NCBI GenBank assembly: GCA_029554865.1
Contig: JAKPUX010000092.1
Location: forward strand, 19,915 to 83,914
Reading direction: 5' to 3'
DNA from: a bacterium
GTDB taxonomy: Bacteria; Zhuqueibacterota; Zhuqueibacteria; Residuimicrobiales; Residuimicrobiaceae
Length of the DNA stretch: 64,000 nt
Below the pieces are notes generated by a model, which saw nothing but the letters and a program-made list of their open reading frames with translations, was not told where the DNA came from and made no database searches. Made by a program: the position numbers and the translations under genes. This document shows, in pieces, positions 55,902-64,000 of this stretch (positions within the stretch are counted from its first letter, which is position 1; the number at the start of each line of letters is the position of its first letter).

Positions 55902-57692
55902 CTAGGGTTTGGGCGCCGCAGCCAGCGCTGGCGACTTTTTTTGCAGATCGAAATAGCGGCGCAGCAGCCGCCCGGCGATCGGCCCGGAGGTCGCCCCGCC
56001 GCCGCCGCCGTTCTCGACCAGAACGCAGATCGCCACCTCGGGATGGTCAAAGGGAGCGAAGCCGACATACCAGGCGTGCGGCTCACCGTGGGGATTCTGC
56101 GCAGTGCCGGTCTTGCCGGCTACCACGACATCGTCCAGATAACTGTTATGCCCGGTCCCGCCCGGACTGTTGACCACCCGGTACATTCCTTCCCGGATGA
56201 TATCATAGGTGGCGTCCGAAATCCCCTCGACTGTGCGTTGAGCGAGCTTTTGCCTGAAAAAGCTCTGGGTGCGTGGATCGTAGATCTTGTGGACCAGATG
56301 AAGGGGGTAGTAGCGCCCCTTGTTGGCGATGATGGTCGTGTACTGAACCATCTGCACGGGGGTGACGAGCAGATCGCCCTGGCCAATGCCGAGGTTGAGC
56401 ATCATGCCGTTGGTCCAGCCGTTTTTGCCGAAGGCGCGGTCGAGATAGGCGCGGTCGGGCAGGGTTCCTTTCTCCTCGGCCGGCAGATCGATCCCGGTCC
56501 GTTTGCCCAGGCCGTAACGGCTGGCATAGAGCGCCCATTCATCGACGGTGAGGCGCATGCTCAGCCGGTAAAAATAGACATTGCACGAAACCTTGAGGGC
56601 GTCGATCAGGTTGAGAGAGCCGTGGCCCCCCTTGTTCCAGCAGGAGAAGACGCGGTCGCCGAAGCTGACGCCCCCTCCGCAGGAAAAATAGGTCTCCTGG
56701 TTGGCCTTGCGCTCCTCCAGTGCAGCGGTCGCGGCGACCATCTTGAGGGTTGAGCCCGGGGGATATGAACTCTGAATCATCCGGTCATAGAGGGGTTTGG
56801 CCGGATCGTTGACCAGCCGCTGCCACTCCTCGTTGGTGAGGGTGCCGGTGAAAATCTCGGGGTCGAAATCGGGCTTGCTGCAGAGCGCCAGCACCCCCCC
56901 GTCGCGGGTGTCGACCATCACCAGCCCGCCCCGCTTGTCAGCGAAGAGCGAGTCGGCCAGGGCCTGCAAATTCGCATCCAGGGCGAGATAGAAATCCCTG
57001 CCCCGCTTGGCGGCCTGTTCGCTCGAACCGGTCTGATCGCTGGCCATGCGCCCGACTGCATCGACGATGACCACCTTGTAGCCGACCTGGCCGCGCAGCT
57101 CCCGGTCATAGTAGGCCTCAAAACCCTTCTTGCCCACCAGATCCCCCGGCAGCATGTCCTCCTCCTGCCGCCGCTGCAGCTCACTTTTGGAGATCTCCCC
57201 GATATAACCGAAGAGATGGGGCGACTTTAGTCCGGCCGGATAGGTGCGCCGCGATTCGATCTCGTAGGTGACACCCGGATACTCGAGCTTGTGCTCCTCG
57301 AGCTGCACCAGTATGCCATAGTCAATGTCCCGGCGGAGTTTGAAGGGGAGAAAGGGATTGTCCGCACGCGCCAACCGACGTTTGATTTCATCGGGTGTTT
57401 CCTGCATCAGCCCGGCGAGAAAGGCAAGCGACTTGTCGTTGTTGCGCACCTCGATGGGGATGACGCTGAGAACATAACTGGGCCGGTTCTCCACCAGCGG
57501 GGTGCCGCTGCGGTCGTAAATGATACCGCGCGGCGGCTCGAGGCGCAGCCGGCGGGAACGGTTTTTCTCCGACTGGACCGCATACTTTTCCCGCTGCAGG
57601 ATCTGCAGATTGAAAAGCTGCCCCGCCAGGGCGATAAAGGCCCCGGTGATGATGAGCTGGATGATGCGGGTGGTGCGGTCAGGGGAGAGCAT
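55902..57692 (-). CDS. mrdA: Penicillin-binding protein 2 (elongasome transpeptidase)
   Basis: 596 aa. N-terminal TM helix, a PBP dimerisation domain and a transpeptidase domain. It is followed by rodA. Confidence 0.9.
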   Translation of the reverse strand: MLSPDRTTRIIQLIITGAFIALAGQLFNLQILQREKYAVQSEKNRSRRLRLEPPRGIIYDRSGTPLVENRPSYVLSVIPIEVRNNDKSLAFLAGLMQETPDEIKRRLARADNPFLPFKLRRDIDYGILVQLEEHKLEYPGVTYEIESRRTYPAGLKSPHLFGYIGEISKSELQRRQEEDMLPGDLVGKKGFEAYYDRELRGQVGYKVVIVDAVGRMASDQTGSSEQAAKRGRDFYLALDANLQALADSLFADKRGGLVMVDTRDGGVLALCSKPDFDPEIFTGTLTNEEWQRLVNDPAKPLYDRMIQSSYPPGSTLKMVAATAALEERKANQETYFSCGGGVSFGDRVFSCWNKGGHGSLNLIDALKVSCNVYFYRLSMRLTVDEWALYASRYGLGKRTGIDLPAEEKGTLPDRAYLDRAFGKNGWTNGMMLNLGIGQGDLLVTPVQMVQYTTIIANKGRYYPLHLVHKIYDPRTQSFFRQKLAQRTVEGISDATYDIIREGMYRVVNSPGGTGHNSYLDDVVVAGKTGTAQNPHGEPHAWYVGFAPFDHPEVAICVLVENGGGGGATSGPIAGRLLRRYFDLQKKSPALAAAPKP

Positions 57693-57710
57693 GGCTTGAC
57701 ATCGGACCGG

Positions 57711-58220
57711 TTAAAACAAGGTTGAAGGCTCGGTTTTGTAGATCTTTTCCCAGATGGATTCTGGCACGACTGCGAAGATGATCAAGGCCCAGAACAGGGT
57801 ATAGACCGCAGGCAGAAACACGGCCATGAGCAGACCGGTCAGCCAGCCCGCCGCGCCGTGCACATTGAGCAGGTAGAGAAAAAGATTGTGGACGAGGGCG
57901 AGCAAGCCGACGATGAGTCCGGCGGTGAGGCTGTAGGCGCTCTGGAGTGAGCGGTAGCTCATCATCGAGCCGGCGATAAAGGCGACCAGGCTGAGGACAA
58001 AGGCATGGCTGCCGATGAGGCCGCCGGTCAGCGAATCCTCGATGAAACCGACCGCCGCCCCCCAGATCGTCCCCTGCCCGCGCCCGGCGTAGAGCGCGAT
58101 CGCGCAGACGGCGATGAGGAGGAAATCGGGATTCACCCCCGCGATCGCGACCAGGTCGCTGACGCCATGCTGCAGGCCAAGCGCCACCGCCACCATGATC
58201 AGGTAGTAGATAAAATTCAT
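57711..58220 (-). CDS. mreD: Rod shape-determining protein MreD
   Basis: 169 aa, a small polytopic protein immediately downstream of mreC (4-nt overlap). Confidence 0.8.
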   Translation of the reverse strand: MNFIYYLIMVAVALGLQHGVSDLVAIAGVNPDFLLIAVCAIALYAGRGQGTIWGAAVGFIEDSLTGGLIGSHAFVLSLVAFIAGSMMSYRSLQSAYSLTAGLIVGLLALVHNLFLYLLNVHGAAGWLTGLLMAVFLPAVYTLFWALIIFAVVPESIWEKIYKTEPSTLF

Positions 58221-59023
58221 CTCGGCCTCTCCCCGGCGGAACCCTGAATGATATAGACCTCCCGCAGCCGGGTGATGTCCACCTTGGTTTCGATGTAAAT
58301 CCTGCGGTACATCCCCGCTTCGGCATCGTCAATCGAGGAGACCACCCCCAGCTTCAGCCCCGGCACGTAGATGGAGTTGGTGCCCGAGGTGACAATGACA
58401 TCTCCCTTGCGCACATCCCCGCTCAGATAGATCCCGGTCAAAAGGCCGCGGTTGTAACCCTCCCACTTGAACATCCCCTCGAGGCGGTTGCGCTGGATCA
58501 CCGCCGCACAGCTGAAGGCGCGGTCATCGTAGGACTGCACCAGCGAGTAGGTGGGTGAGACCTCGATGACGCGGCCGACCAGGCCGTCGGCGGCGACCAC
58601 GGTCATGTTGACGCGCACCCCCTCCCCGGCCCCTGCGTCGACGATGAGCGGCGCCATGCCCGGCTGCTGCTGGCGGCCGATAACCGTGGCCGCGATCAGA
58701 TTGTAGGGGGCGGTCATTTTAAAGCCGAGAAGCTGGCGCAGGCGGCCGTTCTCGTACCAGGCCTCCGCCATCTGGGCGTTCTTGAGCTGCAGGACCGCGT
58801 TGAGCTCGCGCAGCTTGCGATTCTCTCCGCCGAGGCCGAAATAACCCCGCAGTTTGGCTAAGGGGGCGGTCATGCGGCCGACGATCTCGAGATTGAGGGT
58901 ATGCAGTCCGCCCAGGGTGCGCGCATCATTGGCGAAAAAGAGGGCGCCAAGGGAGAGGGTCAGGGCCGCAAGCAGAATCAGCCAGTCCCACCAGTAAGAG
59001 GCTCTTTTCTTGGTCTTTTCCAC
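58217..59023 (-). CDS. mreC: Rod shape-determining protein MreC
   Basis: 268 aa. N-terminal TM helix, a coiled coil and C-terminal beta domains typical of MreC. Confidence 0.85.
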   Translation of the reverse strand: MEKTKKRASYWWDWLILLAALTLSLGALFFANDARTLGGLHTLNLEIVGRMTAPLAKLRGYFGLGGENRKLRELNAVLQLKNAQMAEAWYENGRLRQLLGFKMTAPYNLIAATVIGRQQQPGMAPLIVDAGAGEGVRVNMTVVAADGLVGRVIEVSPTYSLVQSYDDRAFSCAAVIQRNRLEGMFKWEGYNRGLLTGIYLSGDVRKGDVIVTSGTNSIYVPGLKLGVVSSIDDAEAGMYRRIYIETKVDITRLREVYIIQGSAGERPR

Positions 59024-59033
59024 TACTCATCCA

Positions 59034-59837
59034 TCAGGCTTGATCGTTCGGGGCCGGCGGCGGCTCATAGGGACGCCCCTCCCGCCCATCCCACTGGCGG
59101 AGGGAGGGCACCCCCGCCTCGATCATCGCATAGGTAAAACCCTCCATCCAGGCGCCGGCATTGACATACCATCCCCCGCCGTGGGGGAGCAGGGCCGGCA
59201 CATGGGAATGGCCAAGCACGACCAGATCGTGGCCGGCATCAATCTGGCGGCAGGCCCAGGCGCGGTAATCGGTGTCATCATGGTGCTTGTCCCGCGCCGA
59301 TTCGCGGCTGAGATGCGAACAGAAGAGGGCGAAGGGGATGCCCAGATCGGGGTGGAGCAGCCGGTAGCCGGCGATGGCGGCGGGATGGCGCAGCACCCGC
59401 TTCATCAGACGGTAGAGATGGTCCCCGGCCATGAGGCCGTCGCCATGGCAGAGAAAGATCCTCCGGCCGGCCTGGAGCAGGAGGAGCCCCTCCTCATGCA
59501 GGGCGACCCCCGCCTCCTCGCGAAGAAAAGAGCCCATCCAAAAGTCGTGGTTGCCGGCGAGGTAATCGACCGGAACCCCGGAATCGACCAGATCAGCGAG
59601 CTGGACGAGGATGCGGAAATGGCGGCGGGGGATGACGTGGCGGTATTCGAACCAGAAATCGAACAGATCGCCGCAGAGAACCAGCTGGCAGTCGCTCCGG
59701 CCGTGCAGCGAGCGCCAGAACGAGATCAGCCGATCGTGTTTTTCCTCCTCGCGCGCCGGTTGCTGGGCGCCGAGATGGGCATCGCCGAGCAGATAGATCG
59801 TGGGGCGCGCCTCGCGCGCCGGGCCTTGCGTCTCCAG
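59034..59837 (-). CDS. LpxH-like calcineurin-type metallophosphoesterase (UDP-2,3-diacylglucosamine hydrolase-like); start codon uncertain
   Basis: Minus-strand translation upstream of the ORF-track start (MGSFL, 59537) continues in frame, with no stop, through IYLLGDAHLG...LVLCGDLFDFW...DSGVPVDYLAGNHDFW, the metallophosphoesterase motifs I-III. There is an in-frame TAG at 59850-52, and no ATG/GTG/TTG lies between it and the DAHLG motif. Only CTG (59835-37, 5 nt after GGAGAGGG) or ATC are candidate starts. Confidence 0.6.
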   Translation of the reverse strand: METQGPAREARPTIYLLGDAHLGAQQPAREEEKHDRLISFWRSLHGRSDCQLVLCGDLFDFWFEYRHVIPRRHFRILVQLADLVDSGVPVDYLAGNHDFWMGSFLREEAGVALHEEGLLLLQAGRRIFLCHGDGLMAGDHLYRLMKRVLRHPAAIAGYRLLHPDLGIPFALFCSHLSRESARDKHHDDTDYRAWACRQIDAGHDLVVLGHSHVPALLPHGGGWYVNAGAWMEGFTYAMIEAGVPSLRQWDGREGRPYEPPPAPNDQA

Positions 59838-60072
59838 GGGAACCCTCTCCTATAATAGATCGAAATTTAAGGATATAGACGCTGAAAAGCAAGCATGAAC
59901 TTCCGCCCTGCGCGGCCCCGGCGAAAAACAAGCTACCCCCCAAAATCTCGGTCCCACCCAAAGATAATTAAATAAAAAATTGTATTTTACCTGCCAGAAA
60001 CACCTTGTAAAATAGATGGCCTCATGACGAGGGCACAGGCCGAGAGCATGCTGAAAATCGTACGGAGGGATT

Positions 60073-60170
60073 GGGGTACGCGGCACTATGTGGCAGGTGG
60101 GAACCAGATTCCGGGGGGTACGCGGCGCAAGGCAGCAGGTGGGAACCAGATTTCGGGGGTACCCTGGGCG
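60073..60170. repeat. 42-bp tandem direct repeat, two full copies plus a degenerate partial third
   Basis: Copy A is 60073-60114: GGGGTACGCGGCACTATGTGGCAGGTGGGAACCAGATTCCGG. Copy B is 60115-60156: GGGGTACGCGGCGCAAGGCAGCAGGTGGGAACCAGATTTCGG (about 85% identity). A partial third copy, GGGTACCCTGGGCG, follows. The repeat is non-coding and lies between an AT-rich island and ispE. Confidence 0.7.
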
Positions 60171-60228
60171 AAAAAAAGTTGACAAAGATGAAAAAGTTGC
60201 CTAAGTTTAACGTTCCAAAAAAGAGGAG

Positions 60229-61131
60229 TTGTGCGATTTGTCGCTTGAAGCCAATACCCCCATCTATTCACCCCTGCGCCACTATTCGGCCTACGCCAAG
60301 GTCAATCTCGGGCTGCGCGTCCTCGGCCACCGCGAGGATGGATACCACGAGCTGGAGACCATCTTCCAGGAGATAAGCGTCCGCGATGTCCTCACCATCG
60401 CCGTGCTGCCGGAGGGCATCACCATCGGCTGCTCCGATCCGGTCATCCCGGTGGATGAGGGCAATCTCGCCTGGCGGGCTGCCGACCTGCTGCGCAGGAG
60501 CGCCGGGATCGGGCTGGGCTGCAATATTCAGATCAAGAAGAATATTCCCACCGGCGCGGGCCTGGGCGGGGGCAGCAGCGACGCCGCCGCGACTCTCAAG
60601 GCCCTCAACCGGGAGTGGGGGCTCCACTGGCCCCTCGAACGCCTGCTGCCCCTGGCGGCTGAGCTGGGCTCGGATGTCCCCTTTTTCCTGCGTGGCGGCT
60701 GCGCCCTCGGCCGCGGCCGCGGTGAAATCCTCCAGCCCCTGGCCATCCCCCAGGGCTGGTGGGGGGTGCTGGTCTACCCCAATCTGACGATTTCCACCCG
60801 CTGGGTCTATGAAAACGCGAATTTTGACTTGACAAAATCGTTAAAAAACAGTAAATTTTACAGCTTGACCGGTTTTGCCGATAAACTTTCCGACTGGGAT
60901 ATCCACCTGGTTAACGATCTCGAACCTGTTGTTTTCAATAAATATCCGTATTTGAAAAAACTGGTGGACGGGTTCAAGCGGGCCGGGGCATTCTACGCTC
61001 GCATGTCCGGCAGCGGTTCGGCTATTTTCGGCCTGTTCCTGGACAAAAGCGACGCCTTGAGCGCCCTGGCGAAGACGGAGAGCTCCTACACCACGTTTCT
61101 TTTTCATCCGGTGGCGGGCCCCGCCCTCTGA
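60229..61131 (+). CDS. ispE: 4-diphosphocytidyl-2-C-methyl-D-erythritol kinase
   Basis: 300 aa (non-ATG start per track, TTG in my reading). AYAKVNLGLRVLGHREDGYHEL...PTGAGLGGGSSDAAA is the GHMP kinase / IspE signature. An AAGAGGAG RBS is present. Confidence 0.9.
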   Translation: MCDLSLEANTPIYSPLRHYSAYAKVNLGLRVLGHREDGYHELETIFQEISVRDVLTIAVLPEGITIGCSDPVIPVDEGNLAWRAADLLRRSAGIGLGCNIQIKKNIPTGAGLGGGSSDAAATLKALNREWGLHWPLERLLPLAAELGSDVPFFLRGGCALGRGRGEILQPLAIPQGWWGVLVYPNLTISTRWVYENANFDLTKSLKNSKFYSLTGFADKLSDWDIHLVNDLEPVVFNKYPYLKKLVDGFKRAGAFYARMSGSGSAIFGLFLDKSDALSALAKTESSYTTFLFHPVAGPAL

Positions 61132-61157
61132 GGCGCATCCCCACCCGCATCACTCTC

Positions 61158-61232
61158 TGGGGCGTCGTCAAGCGGTAAGACACGGGATTTTGGATCCCGC
61201 ATTCGGAGGTTCGAATCCTCCCGCCCCAGCCC
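61158..61232 (+). tRNA. tRNA-Gln (anticodon UUG)
   Basis: TGGGGCGTCGTCAAGCGGTAAGACACGGGATTTTGGATCCCGCATTCGGAGGTTCGAATCCTCCCGCCCCAG folds as a cloverleaf. It has a 7-bp acceptor stem, an anticodon stem CGGGA/TCCCG with loop TTTTGGA, and a T-arm GGAGG-TTCGAAT-CCTCC. It is near-identical in architecture to E. coli tRNA-Gln(UUG). CCA is not fully encoded. Confidence 0.85.
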
Positions 61233-61251
61233 TGTGAAAAGGGAAGGAATG

Positions 61252-61287
61252 GCGAAAGTCTGCCTGGATTTTCGTCCTTTTTTTATT
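61252..61287 (+). terminator. Putative intrinsic terminator after tRNA-Gln
   Basis: A GGCGAAA ... TTTCG(T)CC stem with a 12-nt loop is followed by TTTTTTTATTT. Confidence 0.45.
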
Positions 61288-61325
61288 TCCTCCCTTCTGA
61301 CGAAACAAGATCGATACAGGTCCCA

Positions 61326-62285
61326 ATGGCGCAAGATCGCGAGATGAAGATTTTCTCCGGCCGGGCGAACCAGCCCCTCGCCCAAAAGATAGCCGGAGCC
61401 CTGAAAAAGAACCTCGGGCAGATTTCACTGAAAAATTTCTCCGACGGCGAGATCTGGGCAAAATATGAGGAGAACATCCGCGGCACCGATCTCTTCCTCA
61501 TCCAGCCCACCCACGCCCCGGCGGAGAATCTGCTCGAACTGCTGATCATGATCGATGCCGCACGCCGCGCCTCGGCCAAACGCATCACCGCGGTCATCCC
61601 CTATTTCGGCTATGCCCGCCAGGACCGCAAGGATCAGCCGCGCGTGGCCATCTCCGCCAAACTGGTCGCCAATCTCATCACCACCGCCGGCGCGGACCGC
61701 ATCCTGACCATGGACCTGCATGCGCCCCAGATCCAGGGCTTTTTCGACATCCCGCTGGATCATCTTTACGCCGCCGCCGTCTTCATCGAGCACTTCCGCA
61801 AGATGAAATCGCCCGAGCTGGTGGTCGCATCACCCGATATCGGCGGTATCTATCTCGCCCGCGCCTATGCCCGCCGCCTGGGCACCGAGATGGTGCTGCT
61901 CGAAAAACGGCGCCCGAAACACAACATCGCCGAGGTCAGCCGCCTCATCGGCGACGTCAAGGACAAGGATGTCCTCCTCGTCGACGACCTGGTCGACACC
62001 GCCGGCACCCTCATCGCCGGGGTCCAGGTGCTCAAAGAGAAGGGCGCCCGCAACATCTACGTCGCCTGCACCCACGGTATCCTCTCCGGCGAGGCGGTGC
62101 AGAGGATCGCCAACTCAGAGATCAAGAATTTCTTCATCTCCGACTCGGTCGTTGTCAGCAAGGAGAAACTGATCGACAAAATCATCACCCTCAGCGTCGC
62201 CGAATTGCTCGCCGACGCCATCCGCCGCATCCATGAAGATCGTTCCATTTCCGACCTCTTTCCGGAAAAGGGACCGAAACAGTAA
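61326..62285 (+). CDS. prs: Ribose-phosphate pyrophosphokinase
   Basis: 319 aa. MKIFSGRANQPLAQKIA...DLHAPQIQGFFDIP...VDDLVDTAGT is the Prs signature. The start may be the internal MKIFSG at 61344. Confidence 0.92.
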   Translation: MAQDREMKIFSGRANQPLAQKIAGALKKNLGQISLKNFSDGEIWAKYEENIRGTDLFLIQPTHAPAENLLELLIMIDAARRASAKRITAVIPYFGYARQDRKDQPRVAISAKLVANLITTAGADRILTMDLHAPQIQGFFDIPLDHLYAAAVFIEHFRKMKSPELVVASPDIGGIYLARAYARRLGTEMVLLEKRRPKHNIAEVSRLIGDVKDKDVLLVDDLVDTAGTLIAGVQVLKEKGARNIYVACTHGILSGEAVQRIANSEIKNFFISDSVVVSKEKLIDKIITLSVAELLADAIRRIHEDRSISDLFPEKGPKQ

Positions 62286-62330
62286 GCAAATCGTTAGCCC
62301 TGGCATTGAGCCAAAGACTGGAGAACCATA

Positions 62331-62969
62331 ATGTCTGCACATGTTCTTGAACTGACCCTGCGCGAGAAGCACGGCACCCTGCAAGCGAAAAAATTCCGCC
62401 GCAACGGCGAGGTGCCCGGCATATTCTACTATCACGGCAAGGAGTCCATCCCCTTCACGGTGAGCGGCAAGGCCCTGCAGAGCACCCTCGCCACCGAGGC
62501 TACCCTGCTCGACGTCCATTTCAGCAATGGCGACAACCGCAAATGCATCGTCCGCGACATCCAGTACCATCCTATCAACCATGCCATTATCCATATCGAT
62601 TTCATGGGCATCAAACTGGATGAAAAAATCACCGTCTCCGTGCCCGTCCACCTCACCGGCATCTCGACCGGGGTCAAGAACGACGGCGGCATCCTCCAGC
62701 AGGTGCTGCGCGAGATCGAAATCGAATGTCTGCCCGGCGATATCCCCGAATCGATCGACCTGGATATCACCGCGCTCGCCATCGGCGACGCTCTCACCGT
62801 CAGCAATATCCAGACCGACAAATACGTCATCCTCGGCGAATCCGACCGCACCATCGTCACCATCACCGCCCCGCGCGCGGCTGAGGAAGAGGCCGTCGTC
62901 GAGGAAGCGGCTGCTGCCGAACCCGAACTGGTCGGACGCAAGGCTGAAGGTGCGGAAGAAGAGAAGTAA
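62331..62969 (+). CDS. rplY: 50S ribosomal protein L25 / general stress protein Ctc
   Basis: 212 aa with an L25/Ctc N-terminal domain and an acidic C-terminal tail. The prs–rplY–pth order is conserved. Confidence 0.88.
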   Translation: MSAHVLELTLREKHGTLQAKKFRRNGEVPGIFYYHGKESIPFTVSGKALQSTLATEATLLDVHFSNGDNRKCIVRDIQYHPINHAIIHIDFMGIKLDEKITVSVPVHLTGISTGVKNDGGILQQVLREIEIECLPGDIPESIDLDITALAIGDALTVSNIQTDKYVILGESDRTIVTITAPRAAEEEAVVEEAAAAEPELVGRKAEGAEEEK

Positions 62970-62998
62970 TCCTCTTCTGCCACGGACAGCCACCGGCC

Positions 62999-63571
62999 AT
63001 GCAACAAAAATATCTGATTGCCGGATTGGGCAACCCGGGCCCCCGCTACGCCAATACGCGGCATAACCTGGGCTTTCTGGCCGCCGATGCCCTCGCCGAC
63101 TCCCTCGGCGCCGCCTTTAGAAAAAAAAACGGCTTCTCCCTGCTCGCCGAAGCCACTTGCGCAGGGAACGAGCTCGTCATTGCCAAACCCCAGCTCTTTA
63201 TGAACCGCAGCGGCGAAGCCATCGGTCAGCTCGTTCGCTATCTCAACATCGAGCCGGAAAGGCTCCTCGTCGTCGTCGATGACGCCGATCTGCCCCTGGG
63301 CCGGATCCGCCTGCGCAAGCAGGGCAGCGCCGGCGGTCATAACGGGCTCAAATCGGTCATCGACCATCTCGGCTCCCGCGAGTTCCCCCGCCTGCGCCTG
63401 GGCATGGGCCGGCCCGCGGATGCCGAGGGGATGATCAACCACGTGCTCTCCGATTTCAGCCGCGAAGAGCGCGTTATCGTCAAGGAAATTGTGCAGCGCG
63501 CGGTCGAGACCATCCACTGCTTCCTGCAGTACGGCATCGATCAGGCCATGAACAGCTGCAATACCCTGTGA
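62999..63571 (+). CDS. pth: Peptidyl-tRNA hydrolase
   Basis: 190 aa. LIAGLGNPGPRYANTRHNLGF...VVVDDADLPLGRIRLRKQGSAGGHNGLKS is the Pth signature. Confidence 0.92.
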   Translation: MQQKYLIAGLGNPGPRYANTRHNLGFLAADALADSLGAAFRKKNGFSLLAEATCAGNELVIAKPQLFMNRSGEAIGQLVRYLNIEPERLLVVVDDADLPLGRIRLRKQGSAGGHNGLKSVIDHLGSREFPRLRLGMGRPADAEGMINHVLSDFSREERVIVKEIVQRAVETIHCFLQYGIDQAMNSCNTL

Positions 63572-63621
63572 TCAGTCAACCGATATCACCAACGCAGTGC
63601 ACTACCTGAAGGAGGACTAGT

Positions 63622-64000
63622 TTGCGTAAATATGAGACCATCATTGTCATCGACTCCCTGCTCAAGCTCGAGGAGATCGAAGGCATCATCAATAAATACG
63701 AACGCTTCATCTCCGCCAACGGCGGCCAGATTGAGACGGTCGACCGCTGGGGCAAGCGCCGCCTGGCCTACGAGATCAAAAAACGCCAGTACGGCTTTTA
63801 TGTCCTGATCCGCTTCGATGCCCCCCCGGGGATGATCAAGCAGCTCGACCGCGAATATCGTCTCAATGAGTATCTGCTCCGCACCATGACGACCCTGCTC
63901 AACAAGCGCGCCCTCAAGGCCCTTGCCAAGCAGTATGCCGCCGCCCCGGCTCCCGAACCGGCCGCAGCTCCGGCCCCGGCCCCAGCCGCCGAAACCCCTG
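63622..64000 (+). CDS. rpsF: 30S ribosomal protein S6 (3' end beyond the window)
   Basis: A TTG start sits 5 nt after a GGAGGA RBS. The translation MRKYETIIVIDSLLKLEEIEGIINKYERFISANGGQIETVDRWGKRRLAYEIKK matches the S6 family, followed by an Ala/Pro-rich tail. It is edge-partial and so absent from the track. Confidence 0.8.
   Translation, partial: MRKYETIIVIDSLLKLEEIEGIINKYERFISANGGQIETVDRWGKRRLAYEIKKRQYGFYVLIRFDAPPGMIKQLDREYRLNEYLLRTMTTLLNKRALKALAKQYAAAPAPEPAAAPAPAPAAETP

Noticed and set aside
59010-59855. 281-aa plus-strand ORF opposite the lpxH-like gene
   Set aside because: It is antisense to a region with clear metallophosphoesterase motifs on the minus strand.
60071-60376. ORF 60071-60376 (+) and ORFs 59850-60185 / 60086-60271 (-) spanning the tandem repeat
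   Set aside because: The repeated RWEPD / PPGIWFPPA peptides are a direct consequence of the 42-bp DNA repeat. There is no RBS, and the plus ORF runs into ispE out of frame.
62115-63517. Minus-strand ORFs 62115-62993 and 62432-63517 opposite rplY and pth
   Set aside because: They are antisense to highly conserved housekeeping genes and have low-complexity composition.

Overview
This is a high-GC (roughly 65%) bacterial chromosomal segment in which nearly all coding is on the minus strand until about 60 kb. A Por/T9SS-type C-terminal sorting domain on one giant protein points to a member of the FCB superphylum (Bacteroidota/Gemmatimonadota-like, phylum not resolvable from sequence). The layout is: (i) 0.3-25.7 kb, a roughly 22-gene single-strand cell-envelope glycan locus with GT4 and GT2 glycosyltransferases, a Wzx flippase, a Wzy/O-antigen-ligase-like protein, a NodU-type carbamoyltransferase, four GT-C (ArnT/PMT-like) membrane glycosyltransferases, four polyprenyl-phosphate GT2 synthases, a DegT aminotransferase, two UXS-like decarboxylases, a YdjC deacetylase and a YdjM-like hydrolase. 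(ii) 26.2-34.4 kb, a divergent pair of giant secreted proteins: a DUF5060/DUF4038 (GH140-like) hydrolase with FN3/Ig domains, and a Big-repeat adhesin with a T9SS C-terminal domain, both sharing a ConA-like N-terminal domain. (iii) 34.4-50.7 kb, a second minus-strand EPS operon: STAS protein, Wza, Wzc, UDP-GlcA-epimerase-like SDR, WbaP-like priming transferase, GT4, AsnB, GlpD-like FAD oxidoreductase, methyltransferase, SDR, pyruvyl transferase, and a flippase-like/acetyltransferase fusion. (iv) glgA, a YbgF-like TPR lipoprotein, lgt, and the lpxH-like–mreC–mreD–mrdA–rodA cell-shape operon. (v) Plus-strand housekeeping genes ispE, tRNA-Gln(UUG), prs, rplY, pth, rpsF (partial). No mobile elements, CRISPR arrays or rRNA were seen. 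The most unusual content is the Arn/PMT-like lipid-linked-sugar transfer module with four GT-C paralogs, the divergent giant lectin-domain proteins, recurring AT-rich palindromic motifs in promoter islands, and a 42-bp tandem repeat upstream of ispE. Many long antisense ORFs in the track are high-GC artefacts.
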